From the NCBI GenBank assembly GCA_002269645.1, contig NIVC01001433.1:62001-126000 (forward strand): a DNA stretch of 64,000 nt. Reading direction: 5' to 3'. Positions 13,228 through 35,505 of the stretch are shown one piece after another. The position numbers were made by a program, and so were the translations under genes. Numbering within the stretch: the stretch's first letter is position 1; every line of letters starts with the position of its first letter. The notes beneath the pieces are model-generated. The model had not been told where the DNA came from. It saw only the letters and a program-made list of their open reading frames with translations, and ran no database searches. The stretch is from Macrostomum lignano. Lineage: Eukaryota.

Positions 13228-14365
13228 CTCGAAGGGTGAGATTTTGAGACCCTCTCCTAACACTGATTATGAGATTTTGAGACCCTCTCCTAACACTGAT
13301 TATGAGATGTTGAGACCCTCTCCTAACACTGATTATGAGATTTTGAGACCCTCTCCTAACACTGATTATGAGATTTTGAGACCCTCTCCTAACACTGATT
13401 ATGAGATGTTGAGACCCTCTCCTAACACTGATTATGAGATTTTGAGACCCTCTCCTAACACTGATTATGAGATTTTGAGACCCTCTCCTAACACTGATTA
13501 TGAGATGTTGAGACCCTCTCCTAACACTGATTATGAGATGTTGAGAGGCTCTCATAACACTGATTATGAGATTTTGAGACCCTAGCTCTCCTAACACTGA
13601 TTATGAGATGTTGAGACCCTCTCCTAACACTGATTATGAGATTTTGAGACCCTCTCCTAACACTGATTATGAGATTTTGAGACCCTCTCCTAACACTGAT
13701 TATGAGATGTTGAGACCCTCTCCTAACACTGATTATGAGATTTTGAAACACTCGCCTGAAACTGATTGAGATTTTGAAATTCTCGCCTGAAACTGATTGA
13801 GATTTTGAAACTCTCGCCTAAAACAGATTATGAATGAGATTTTGAAACTCTCGCCTAAAACAGATTATGAATGAGATCTTGAAACTCTCGCCTAGAACTG
13901 ATTATGAGATTTTGAAACACTCACCTGAAACTGATTATGAGATTTTGAAACTCTCGCCTGAAACTGATTATGAGATTTTGAAACTCTCGCCTGAAACTGA
14001 TTATGAGATTTTGAAACTCTCGCCTAGAACTGATTATGAGATTTTGAAACACTCACCTGAAACTGATTATGAGATTTTGAAACTCTCGCCTGAAACTGAT
14101 TATGAGATTTTGAAACTCTCGCCTAGAACTGATTATGAGATTTTGAAACTCTCGCCTAGAACTGATTATGAGATTTTGAAACTCTCGCCTAGAACTGATT
14201 ATGAGATTTTGAAACACTCACCTGAAACTGATTATGAGATTTTGAAACACTCGCCTAAAACTGATTATGAGATTTTGAAACGCTCGCCTGAAACTGATTA
14301 TGAATGAGATTTTGAAACTCTCGCCTAAAACAGATTATGAATGAGATTTTGAAACTCTTGCTTAA
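13228..14365 (+). repeat. 33-bp minisatellite with two adjacent subfamilies
   Basis: gagattttgagaccctctcctaacactgattat (13228-13740), then gagattttgaaactctcgcctgaaactgattat (13740-14365). Confidence 0.92.
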
Positions 14366-14754
14366 AACTTACTGAGATTTTTTCAGGGGCGCCAAAACCT
14401 ATAGATTATGAATGATTCTCATCCTTGCTTGGCTAGGCATATAAATCAGTCCTTCTAGCCAGTTAGTTAAATAATATAATTATGATTGAGGCTGCAAAAT
14501 GCAGAGAACACTGGGCTTGATGCGGATTTTGGAATTGCATGCGCTTGGCGATGGATTTTTGAGATTAGATAAGGCAGTGGGACACGAAGACAGATTAAGC
14601 TCGTTTCTTCCAAAGTGCCGCAAGAAAAATGAAATAATAAAAGCTCTTATTTATGTGGTTTTTTTTATTATTCGGTCGTAATACTCGTTTAAGCTACTCT
14701 TTCATTAGTAGACAAAGCGGGCATAAGTGAGATTTTTTTAATACCAAAAAACAC

Positions 14755-14783
14755 TAGGGTTAGGGTTAGGGTTAGGGTTAGGG
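14755..14783 (+). repeat. Short interstitial telomeric repeat TAGGG(TTAGGG)4
   Basis: ctagggttagggttagggttagggttaggg. Confidence 0.8.
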
Positions 14784-15509
14784 TTTTGTGTAGTTACTAA
14801 TATATAATTTACTGAACTTTCTGAAATTCTCTGACCAAACCTACGATTTGGTAACCAACAGGGTAATAAAGTATTATCTTCAAGGCCTTCAAATCTGTAC
14901 ACGTATACGATTATCTATACATTTAGAGTGTTAGGCCAGATCCGCTCTATAAATTGTTTAGAACAGTTTGAAACCGAAAAAACGAAACGCTGAAACCCTC
15001 GCTTAGTCAGCGATTCTCTGCTCCTGAAAAATCAGGCTCTCTGCCCCAGCTGAGACAGATTTTTTACCAGCATATCAGTGAGCAAAGCTTTTCTCAATTT
15101 ACTTTTATTAGCTGCTATTTTTATTTTAACACAATCTACTAGCGCAAATGTACATCCAGTCTCGGGGAGTGTACATTCTTTTCTAACCCCAGCCCATCCC
15201 CTCCCAAACCACCGCCCTGTTCCAAGCGCTAAATTAGGCGAAGGCTCTCTCTGCAGTCGTTGGCCTCGCCCTTCGGTTGTGTGCGCTTGTCTATCGGCCC
15301 TTAACCTCAACCTCCTTACATATCTGTCACACCTTTTCCCTTCTTACCTGCCTGCCCTGCCTATGCCACCTGTATGCTATATGCAGGTGAAAGCAACCAA
15401 CCACTGTGTGACCTTATAGACTTGAATATAAATTACACACAGACCAAATATTAGCTACAGCAACAAGGATTGCTTTCATATTAATCTGCTATAGAGTTGA
15501 GAGTTGACT

Positions 15510-16949
15510 ATGACTTTCCCAATTCATCCGAACAATTACAACTCGATGCTGCCTGCGCCCAGCCAGCTGGACGAACCGAACACGTTCAGGTCTGTGTGGA
15601 CGCCCAGTAGTAAACTTTGGTTTTAAATTGTGTTCAACATGAATTATTAGCTACTGTTGCTATTTGAACAACAAAATTACATGACCTAATTTACACAGCA
15701 AAGTACTTGCCCCGTCAATAGGATAAAGTACATGGATAGTGTACATGTTTGAAAGTTTAACTATCTGCATATCCGTCTGAATCCTGCAGCGAAGGCATTC
15801 GCCGAGTTCGACTGCTGCGCAGCGCTCAGCTGGAGTGCATCACGGTGGCCCTGGTCTGGATCGATGTTGCCATGGTTACGCATCAGATTGTGCTGGACTT
15901 CTCGCTAACGGGTGAGAATGTATGGTTTATGAGTAGGAAATCTATACTTCTAAACGAGTTGGTTGTTCTCTTTTTTTGTTTGTTTGTTTGTCAATGGCAA
16001 AATTTACTGCGATCTAATTACTGTTTATGAATTCGTTCTTTGCCTTCTCAATGTTATCATACACTCAGTTCCAGGTTCTCAGCAATTCCCCATTGAGCCA
16101 TGGCATCTCAGAAACTCCCCATTGAGCCAATTGGCATCTCAGAAACTCCCCATTGAGCCAATTGGCATCTCAGCAACTCCCCATTGAGCCAATTGGCATC
16201 TCAGCAACTCCCCATTGAGCCAATTGGCATCTCAGCAACTCCCCATTGAGCCAATTGGCATCTCAGCAACTCCCCATTGAGCCAATTGGCATCCCAGCAA
16301 CTCCCCATTGAGCCAATTGGCATCTCAGCAACTCCCCATTGAGCCAATTGGCATCTCAGCAACTCCCCATTGAGCCAATTGGCATCCCAGCAACTCCCCA
16401 TTGAGCCAATTGGCATCTCAGCAACTCCCCATTGAGCCAATTGGCATCTCAGCAACTCCCCATTGAGCCTTGGCATCTCAGCAACTCCCCATTGAGCCAA
16501 TTGGCATCTCAGCAACTCCCCATTGAGCCAATTGGCATCTCAGCAACTCCTTTTTTTCTGTTTATTAATTTGCCTATGAGCAATCTTTGTCATCATTTTT
16601 CTTGACCCCGAACCTTGAACAGAATATGAATCTCCTCAGACTATGGTGTGTAAAATTTCCGCATCCTAATTCCACTCCAAAATGCTACTCTGCTATATGC
16701 TATTTAAATCTTTCAACCATGCGCGCCATAATTTTATTGATGCACCTATACTATAATACTAGTAGTAGTGTATATGGACAATTGTTTCTTTTTTGACAGC
16801 CTCAAACTCCACCGACAAAAACGGCACGGACGAGCGGCCACAGCTGGCCGAATTCAGTAGCGACCATCCGGCACTGAGTAGCCGGGCCTCCACTGGCCTC
16901 TTCATCGCCATCACCGCCATGGCCTTCCTGTTCCTGCTCGAGGTGGAAC

Positions 16950-16990
<41 letters not shown>

Positions 16991-16993
16991 GCC

Positions 16994-17040
<47 letters not shown>

Positions 17041-17091
17041 GTCTGTCTGTGTCTGTCTGTGTCTGTCTGTCTGTCTGTTTGTCTGTCTGCC

Positions 17092-17164
<73 letters not shown>

Positions 17165-17267
17165 TAGTGTCTGTCTGTCTGTCTGTGTCTGTCTGTCTGT
17201 CTGTTTGTCTGTCTGCCTGTCTGCCTGTCTGTCTGTCTGTCTGCCTGTCTGTCTGTCTATCTGTCTA

Positions 17268-17315
<48 letters not shown>

Positions 17316-17347
17316 CCTGTCTGTCTGTCTGTCTGTCTGTCTCTGCC

Positions 17348-17419
<72 letters not shown>

Positions 17420-19410
17420 AGTCTGTCTGTCTGTCTGTCTGTCTGTCACCCTACTAAAACCTGTCATCTCCCATCTGCCCGCAGACAATCGCCAGAAATA
17501 TCTACATCCGGGTATCTCAAAAACGCTTCTGCCTAATGAATGTAAGTAATGTTATGAATATCATTTTGCATTTTTAAAGATAAATAAAGTTAATTCATTA
17601 AACACTATTATCTATATTATATTTCCAGGTGTGCGACTTAGTCTTGTGTGCAGCCTCGTTCTGCATCAACCTGTCGCTGCTGGTGGCGCGGGTCACCCCG
17701 TTAGCCAGGGATTTCGTAGCCCTGCTAATCACTTTTAGACTCGTCAGATTGCTCACATTATTTGGAGGTTAGTTTCTTTTTCTCAGCACTTTTATTTAGA
17801 AAACTCTGCATACTCTACTATATCGCTTATTCAGTAGAGTGTTTCGCTCCTGTTTCACTATGATGAATTTCTATTTGAATAACCGCCAGGCTTAACTCGA
17901 GCTGAGAAACGGCAAATTCTGCGAATGCTCGACGGCTACAGACGAGAGGAGAGCTTCAACCTTGAGCAGCAGCGAATGCTGCAGACTGAGCTGGAGAATC
18001 GAACTCGGGAGTGTCAGGATCTGCGAGAGTTGGTTAAGTCGGCTACTTTGTCTAGGAATCGACTGAGGCAGAGTGAGTTATGTCAGCTATCGGGGAAGTT
18101 TTGGAATGGGAAAAAATAGGATTGCAATAAATATGGGTGCAGTAGAGATGAAGTAACAATAGAGATAGAGAGTGATAAGAGTGAAAATAGAGTGATTAAG
18201 TGAGGATAGAGAGTGATAGAGAGTGAGAATAGAGATTGATAAAGTGGTGAGGATAGAGAGTGATGAAGTGAGGATAGAGAGTGATAAAGTGAGGATAGAG
18301 AGTGATAGAGAGTGAGAATAGAGATTGATAAAGTGGTGAGGATAGAGAGTGATGAAGTGAGGATAGAGAGTGATAAAGTGAGGATAGAGAGTGATAAAGT
18401 GAGGATACAGAGTGATAAAGTGAGGATAGAGAGTGATAAAGTGAGGATAGCGAGTGATAAAGGAGAATAGAAAATGATAAGAGAGTGAGAATAGAGTGAT
18501 AGAGTGAGGATAGAGAGTGATAGCGAGTGATAAAGTGAGAATAGAGAGTGATAAAATGTCCCCATGGCTCTATGGTCAAAAGGAAGGATTCAAGAGCAAT
18601 CAGGGAAACGTACAATGCCACTATATGTTACCCAATCGCGTACAACTCAATCCTGCAGAGCAGATGGGCCAGCACCAGCTGAAGCAGGAAGACGGCAGTC
18701 CGAACGAAGAATCCTGCACGGATGTCACCGGCGGCTCTCCAGACAACAGTCGGACAGGCACCAGAAGCGTACCGGACGATTCCGGGCACAGTTCCGATTC
18801 TAGTCCGGATTCGCCGCCGCGGGAGACTTTCGGTCGAGGTCTTGGTTAGTTTGTTCAATATTCTTTGTTGGATTGAAGTATTTTGGGTGTAGGTTCGATG
18901 TACATTAGATCCAGGGTTGAATGTACATTGGGAAGCGAGGTTGAATGTACATTGAGGTGCAGTTTGGAATGTACATTGGGGGAGCAGAGTTGAATGTGCA
19001 TTGGGGTGCGGTATTGAATGTATATTAGCGAGCAAGGTTGAATGTACATTGTTAAGTAGGGTTAAATGTACATTGGGGTGTGTGATTCAATGTTAGGGTG
19101 CGGAATTCAATGTACATCGGGGTGCGGTGTGAATTTAAGTATTAATAATTAGGTGTTCACAGTGCAATGTACTAAGTATGCATGCTAACTATTTAAATTT
19201 ACATTAAAAATGAAATGCCAATTAGAATTCTTGTGCTCATACTATGAGTAATGCATCACAGAAAGCGCTTGGATTCTCCTTTAACTTCCAGAGTCATCGT
19301 CGACAGAAGCGCCTCAGATTGGCATTGAGCTGGCCGAGGTCGCGGATTCGAATCCTCAGCCGGCACAGGATGAACTCGACGAAGGCGGCGCTTTTACTTC
19401 AAAATTTTAG
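15510..19410 (+). CDS. Voltage-sensor-domain-only membrane protein, Hv1 (HVCN1)/TMEM266-like; exons 15510-15589, 15790-15911, 16800-16942, 17485-17541, 17629-17767, 17890-18072, 18659-18844, 19292-19410
   Basis: Spliced frame gives S1 [17 protein letters not shown]2 [12 protein letters not shown]3 [13 protein letters not shown] and S4 [15 protein letters not shown], then a coiled-coil-like segment ([24 protein letters not shown]) and an acidic tail. Seven GT-AG introns have consistent phases (2,1,0,0,1,1,1). No pore domain. The exon 7 donor is ambiguous by a few nt. Confidence 0.75.
16070..16548 (+). repeat. 31-bp minisatellite gagccaattggcatctcagcaactccccatt (Hv-like intron 2)
   Basis: About 15 tandem copies. 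Confidence 0.92.
16950..17448 (+). repeat. (TCTG)n microsatellite (Hv-like intron 3)
   Basis: Direct reading. Confidence 0.95.
18150..18555 (+). repeat. 21-bp GA-rich minisatellite gtgaggatagagagtgataaa (Hv-like intron 6)
   Basis: Tandem units. Confidence 0.85.
18890..19130 (+). repeat. Degenerate minisatellite with core ttgaatgtacattggg (Hv-like intron 7)
   Basis: About 8 diverged copies of aatgtacatt. Confidence 0.7.
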
Positions 19411-20294
19411 AGCAGTGTTCTCACTCTCTCTCTCTCAGTGTTCTTATCTCCCGTCTCTTATCTTCCAGTGTGTGTACAAATCTCCCAAAATTTTCCGGAT
19501 TAACGAGAACGGCGTCCTTCTAATTTGGCTCTCCAAGTTCCACACACAAACTTTATTAATTGTAAAAGGAAATTTCAACAGAAATGTATTTGTGTTGTAC
19601 TTTTTTATTCTAGGATTACTAATTCCGGTAAATTTCTACACAAAAATCGTTAATTTGCGCATTTTGCTACTTATAGTGTCCTAATAGATCAGTAGCATGT
19701 ATCGTGAAAGCTTTAATGAAATGCTTCAAAGAGCTTATAAAGACCATAGAAAAAAATGTCATAAAATTACTTTGCATGAAGAATCTAAGCTTAAAAGCGA
19801 GTGTTTTGTACACAGTTTGAAAGTACACAGTGTCCTTTCTTATCTAATCTTGAAAAGTACACACCAAGTTAATTATAAATAAATCGTAGATTGTTTTTAT
19901 AATGATTTTTTTTGGTTTTAACATTGTCTCCGCATTAATTAAAACAAATAAAGAGCCCATTTTTAATTTGTAGGTAATCTTAGTTATCGATCTTTATGTA
20001 CTTTTATTTTCATTGTCTCAAATTGCTTCCATTTTATAATACAAAATGTCATTCAGTATTTCTGTGCGCGTTTTTCTATTTCGTGTTATAATTTATTGCT
20101 ACGATGCACAATTAAACTACTGTCGTCTGGCAGTAGTATATATCGAGTATTTTAACGTGCTGTATTATATTTTAAATAACCATATCCTACGCATGAAATC
20201 GTATTAAAAATTCTTTTGAAACAAAAGACGAAATTGGACTTTAGTTTATGATGCTTTTTCTGGAAATTATTTGCTGAATGGTCCACTTAATGCT

Positions 20295-21195
20295 ATTGGC
20301 GCCACAATTTGATTTTGTTTGGCGCCACAAAATGAGTTTAATTGGCTCCGAATAAGTTAATAGGCGGCACAATGAGTTTTATTAGCGCTACAGTATGATT
20401 TTAATTGGCGCCAAAATATGACTTTTATTGGCGCCACAATATGAACATCATTGGCGCTGAGTTTATTTGGCGCCAAAATATGAGTTTCTTTGGTGCCACA
20501 ATACGAGTTTAATTGGCTCCACAATATTGAGTTTAATTGGCTCCACAATATGACTGTCTTTAGCGCCACAATATTGAGTTTAATTGGCTCCACAATATGA
20601 CTGTCTTTAGCGCCACAATATTGAGTTTAATTGGCTCCACAATACGAGTTTAATTGGCGCTACAATATTGAGTTTAATTGGCTCCACAATATGACTGTCT
20701 TTAGCGCCAAAATTTTGAGTTTAATTGGCTCCACAATATGACTGTCTTTAGCGCCACAATTTTGAGTTTAATTGGCTCCACAATATGACTGTCTTTAGCG
20801 CCACAAAATTGAGTTTAATTGGCTCCACAATATGACTGTCTTTAGCGCCATAATTTTGAGTTTAATTGGCTCCACAATATGACTGTCTTTAGCGCCACAA
20901 TTTTGAGTTTAATTGGCTCCACAATATGACTGTCTTTAGCGCCACAATTTTGAGTTTAATTGGCTCCACAATATGACTGTTTTTAGCGCCACAATATTGA
21001 GTTTAATTGGCTCCACAATACCAGTTTAATTCGCGCCACAATATTGAGTTTAATTGGCTCCACAATATGACTGTCTTTAGCGCCACAATATTGAGTTTAA
21101 TTGGCTCCACAATATGACTGTCTTTAGCGCCACAAAATTGAGTTTAATTGGCTCCACAATATGACTGTCTTTAGCGCCACAATATTGAGTTTATT
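20295..21195 (+). repeat. 47-bp minisatellite built from two 23-24-bp subunits (aattggctccacaatatgactgtctttagcgccacaatattgagttt)
   Basis: Tandem units, degenerate at the left end. Confidence 0.9.
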
Positions 21196-21525
21196 TAGCG
21201 TCATCCAAATGTCATCAGCGCGGAAAGCATAGCACCAGAAGCGTCAAATAAATCGCTTATTTACTCTAAACAGTTATGAATTATTAACCTTAGCATTGAA
21301 AGCTTGCATATACGATCGACTATGCCATAGACGAAATGAAAAATGCACTCCAGACGTTGGGACCAGTAAGCGCCATCGACTATACATTTGTGTCTATGCT
21401 GGACAAAGTTCTTAGAGAACGCGCCTACATGTAGCTCAGATCTATTATAAAAAGTACTCGCCGTTCTTTAATAATTGAATAAATTAGAAATCAGTCAACT
21501 GATTGACAAAACACAAGATCACAGC

Positions 21526-31966
<10,441 letters not shown>

Positions 31967-32180
31967 ATTAAAAAAACGCTTTTCTTACTATCAGTAGCTT
32001 GAAAGAACATTTACGTTCCTGACCGTGGAATGGCTTCTATTTTTCGCTGCTAATGAAGCCATAAAAATAATTTTAAAAATCGTTACAACTACGGCAGGTA
32101 TGGCAGAAATAGCGAAACTTAATTTGTCTTAATGTCTTCGTTTTGTAGGAAAGTGGACACTACCATCATCATCGCTCATG

Positions 32181-33515
32181 CCCCACCGCTCAGCTCCGCA
32201 CCCACCCCATCCTTCACTCTCTTTCTCCACCGCTCAGCTCCACACCCACCCCATCCTTCACTATCTTTTGCCCACTGCTCAGCTCCGCAACAACCCCATC
32301 CTCCACTCTCTTTCCCCACCGCTCAGCTCCACACCCACCCCATCCTCCACTCTCTTTCCCCACCGCTCAGCTCCGCACCCACCCCATCCTCCACTCTCTT
32401 TCCCCACCGCTCAGCTGCGCACCCGTCCCATCCTCCACTCTCTTCCCTCACCGCTCAGCTCCGCACCCATCCCATCCTCCACTCTCTTCCCTCACCGCTC
32501 AGCTCCGCACCCGTCCCATCCTCCACTCTCTTCGCTCACCGCTCAGCTCCGCACCCACCCCATCCTCCACTCTCTTTCCCTCACCGCTCAGCTCCGCACC
32601 TATCCCATCCTTCACTCTCTTCCCTCACCGCTCAGCTCCGCACCCACCCCATCCTCCACTCTCTTCCCTCACCGCTCAGCTCCGCACCCACCCCATCCTC
32701 CACTCTCTTCCCTCACCGCTCAGCTCCGCACCCACCCCATCCTCCACTCTCTTTCCCCACCGCTCAGCTCCGCACCCACCCCATCCTCCACTCTCTTTCC
32801 CCACCGCTCAGCTGCGCACCCGTCCCATCCTTCACTCTCTTCCCTCACCGCTCAGCTCCGCACCCACCCCATCCTCCACTCTCTTTCCCCACCGCTCAGC
32901 TCCGCACCCACCCCATCCTCCACTCTCTTTCCCCACCGCTCAGCTGCGCACCCGTCCCATCCTCCACTCTCTTCCCTCACCGCTCAGCTCCGCACCTATC
33001 CCATCCTCCACTCTCTTTCCTCACCGCTCAGCTCCGCACCCACCCCATCCTCCACTCTCTTTCCCCACCGCTCAGCTCCGCACCCACCCCATCCTCCACT
33101 CTCTTCCCTCACCGCTCAGCTCCGCACCCACCCCATCCTCCACTCTCTTTCCCCACTGCTCAGCTCCGCACCCACCCCATCCTCCACTCTCTTTCCCCAC
33201 CACTCAGCTCCGCACCCACCCCATCCTCCACTCTCTTCCCTCACCGCTCAGCTCCGCACCCATCCCATCCTCCACTCTCTTTCCCCACCGCTCAGTTCCG
33301 CACCCATCCCATCCTCCACTCTCTTCCCTCACCGCTCAGCTCCGCACCCACCCCATCCTCCACTCTCTTCGCTCACCGCTCAGCTCCGCACCCACCCCAT
33401 CCTCCACTCTCTTCCCTCACCGCTCAGCTCCGCACCCATCCCATCCTCCACTCTCTTCCCTCACCGCTCAGCTCCGCACCCACCCCATCCTCCACTATCT
33501 TTCCCCACCGCTCAG
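32181..33515 (+). repeat. 44-bp minisatellite ccgctcagctccgcacccaccccatcctccactctctttcccca, about 30 copies (left arm of an inverted pair)
   Basis: Period 44. Confidence 0.95.
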
Positions 33516-33636
33516 CTTCGCACGTACCTCCAATATCAAAACAATTAAATCACTTTTTAAATACAATCGGGAAAATTAGTTAAGCTTTACATTCAAAACT
33601 GTTGACGTTAATGGTGAAGTCCGACTGCGGTACAAT

Positions 33637-34750
33637 TTAACTATACAAAGCAGTCTTTATCCAACCAGTGGAGAAGACCGCTATGACGCCGGCCATGCTC
33701 ACAAGTATTCCGGTCACATTGAGCGCCAGAGCCACCCGGCCCTGGCTGCGTGCCTGCCTGCGCCAATTGTCAACGCTCCGTTGGGCCAACATTCGATGAG
33801 AACGAAACGAAAAAATCAATGCCGCAAGGCCGAACGGCATGTTGAGGAACATAGCAGTTAGAATCGACATGAGTAAGTAGGTTGTGCGATTCGAATTCAA
33901 TGTGTCCGGGTTGGCTGCTTGAGAAGGATCCCCGACGACATTGAGGGACTGCGCGTCTGAAAGATTGTCGCATGAAAATTACAGTTAAGCGGTCGGAAAA
34001 GAGAGTCGAGGATGGGGTGGGTGCGGAGCTGAGCGGTGAGGGAAGAGAGTGGAGGATGGGGTTGGTGCGGAGCTGAGCGGTGGGGAAAGAGAGTGGAGGA
34101 TGGGGTGGGTGCGGAGCTGAGCGGTGAGGGAAGAGAGTGGAGGATGGGATGGGTGCGCAGCTGAGCGGTGAGGAAAGAGAGTGAAGGATGGGACGGGTGC
34201 GCAGCTGAGCGGTGAGGAAAGAGAGTGGAGGATGGGGTGGGTGCGGAGCTGAGCAGTGGGGAAAGATAGAGAAGGATGGGGTGGGTGCGAGGCTGAGCGG
34301 TGGGGAAAGATAGTGAAGGATGGGGTGGGTGTGGAGCTGAGCGGTGGGGAAAGATAGTGAAGGATGGGGTGGGTGCGGAGCTGAGCGGTGGGGAAAGAGA
34401 GTGAAGGATGGGGTGGGTGCGGAGCTGAGCGGTGGGGAAAGAGAGTGGAGGATGGGGTTGGTGCGGAGCTGAGCAGTGGGGAAAGAGAGTGGAGGATGGG
34501 GTGGGTGCGGAGCTGAGCGGTGGGGGAAGAGTTTAGAGTGAAATGAGAGAAGTTTTTTAAAACAATATATGATGTAACCACGCTCTGGTCGTGGGATATG
34601 GCAAGGGAAATTTTCCAAAAGTACCTTCGATCTCCGTGCGCCTCCTGAGCAGAGCCGTCGAGACTGGGCCAGGTCTGTGGCCAGGCCTGCTGACTCCCGC
34701 TCTGCTGCACCCCCTGCTGCCTCGGCTCCGTCTCCCACGCCGCCACACAT
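33637..34750 (-). CDS. Small CD225/dispanin-family (IFITM/PRRT-like) membrane protein; probable exons 34750-34625 and 33948-33637
   Basis: YLLMSILTAMFLNMPFGLAALIFSFRS..QARSQGRVALALNVTGILV matches the CD225 layout. ATG 34750 to donor aag|gtac (phase 0) joins acceptor gcgcag|tcc in frame. An alternative acceptor at 33956 would need a different first-exon frame. Confidence 0.68.
34005..34527 (-). repeat. Reverse-complement copy of the 44-bp minisatellite, about 12 copies, in the CD225 intron
   Basis: gatggggtgggtgcggagctgagcggtggggaaagagagtggag is the reverse complement of the 32181-33515 unit. Confidence 0.95.
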
Positions 34751-35414
34751 GCCTTTCCGGAGCCCCTACACCTCTCTGTACCTCACCCGTTCCCCCTTTT
34801 TCCATGCGCTTTACCTTATCTATCTTGTACTTTTCCCGCTTCCCATATTTTTTCTCTTTTTGCACTTTTTTCTGCGCTGTCCCTCCCTTTTCTGGTACCT
34901 ACTTACAGTACTTTGTGCGCTCACCGTCTCCCCACCCCTATAGAAACTCCCAAACGGTGATGCAAGTCTTGTGACCCCTCTTTCCCCTCGATGACTCATC
35001 GATGACTCACCACCCCTCTTGCGCAACCTTTTCTCATGCCATTGTTCTCCTCCCCAAATTTCTCATGCGACACCCACCCCACCTCCGCTTCTATTGTTCT
35101 CGTTTTTGATTCTTTTGTTCTCCTCTTCGCACCCAATTATCACATTTTCCCAGATCTTCTCTTTCTTTTGTTTTCGTTTTCGCACCCAATTAGCACCTTT
35201 TCTCCAATGTTTACTTTTCTATTGTTCTCGATTCTCCCCAATTATCCCCGATTTCCATTTCCTTTGTTCTCGACCCCAGCCCCATTGTTCTCAATGTTTG
35301 CTTGCGCAACACTTTCGCGACCTCCCGCTGCGCCAATTATCCACCCACCCCTTCTCCGGATTGCGCAATTCTCCCATTTCTCATGTTGCTATGCCGTTCT
35401 CATGCTTCTCATCA

Positions 35415-35505
35415 TGACTCATTCTGACGTCATTCTGCCGGCAGCCAATCAGAGAGAGGGAGTCATGGAAACGAACTTGGAGCGGTGGCTGGGAAGGCTA
35501 TATAA
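35415..35505 (+). promoter_or_regulatory. Putative Pol II promoter: AP-1 (35415), CRE (35425), CCAAT (35445), TATA (35499)
   Basis: TGACTCA, TGACGTCA, CCAAT and TATATAA in canonical order within 90 bp; GTAAGT donor at 35789. Confidence 0.5.

Noticed and set aside
19344-19355. 12-bp palindrome GGATTCGAATCC (B-box-like)
   Set aside because: It lies within the last coding exon of the Hv-like gene with no tRNA structure; probably chance.
21336-21371. Possible upstream PC mini-exon MKNALQTLGP|gtaagc
   Set aside because: It is a phase-0 donor, while the available AGs before the PC frame are phase 1 or 2; the peptide also does not resemble a transit peptide.
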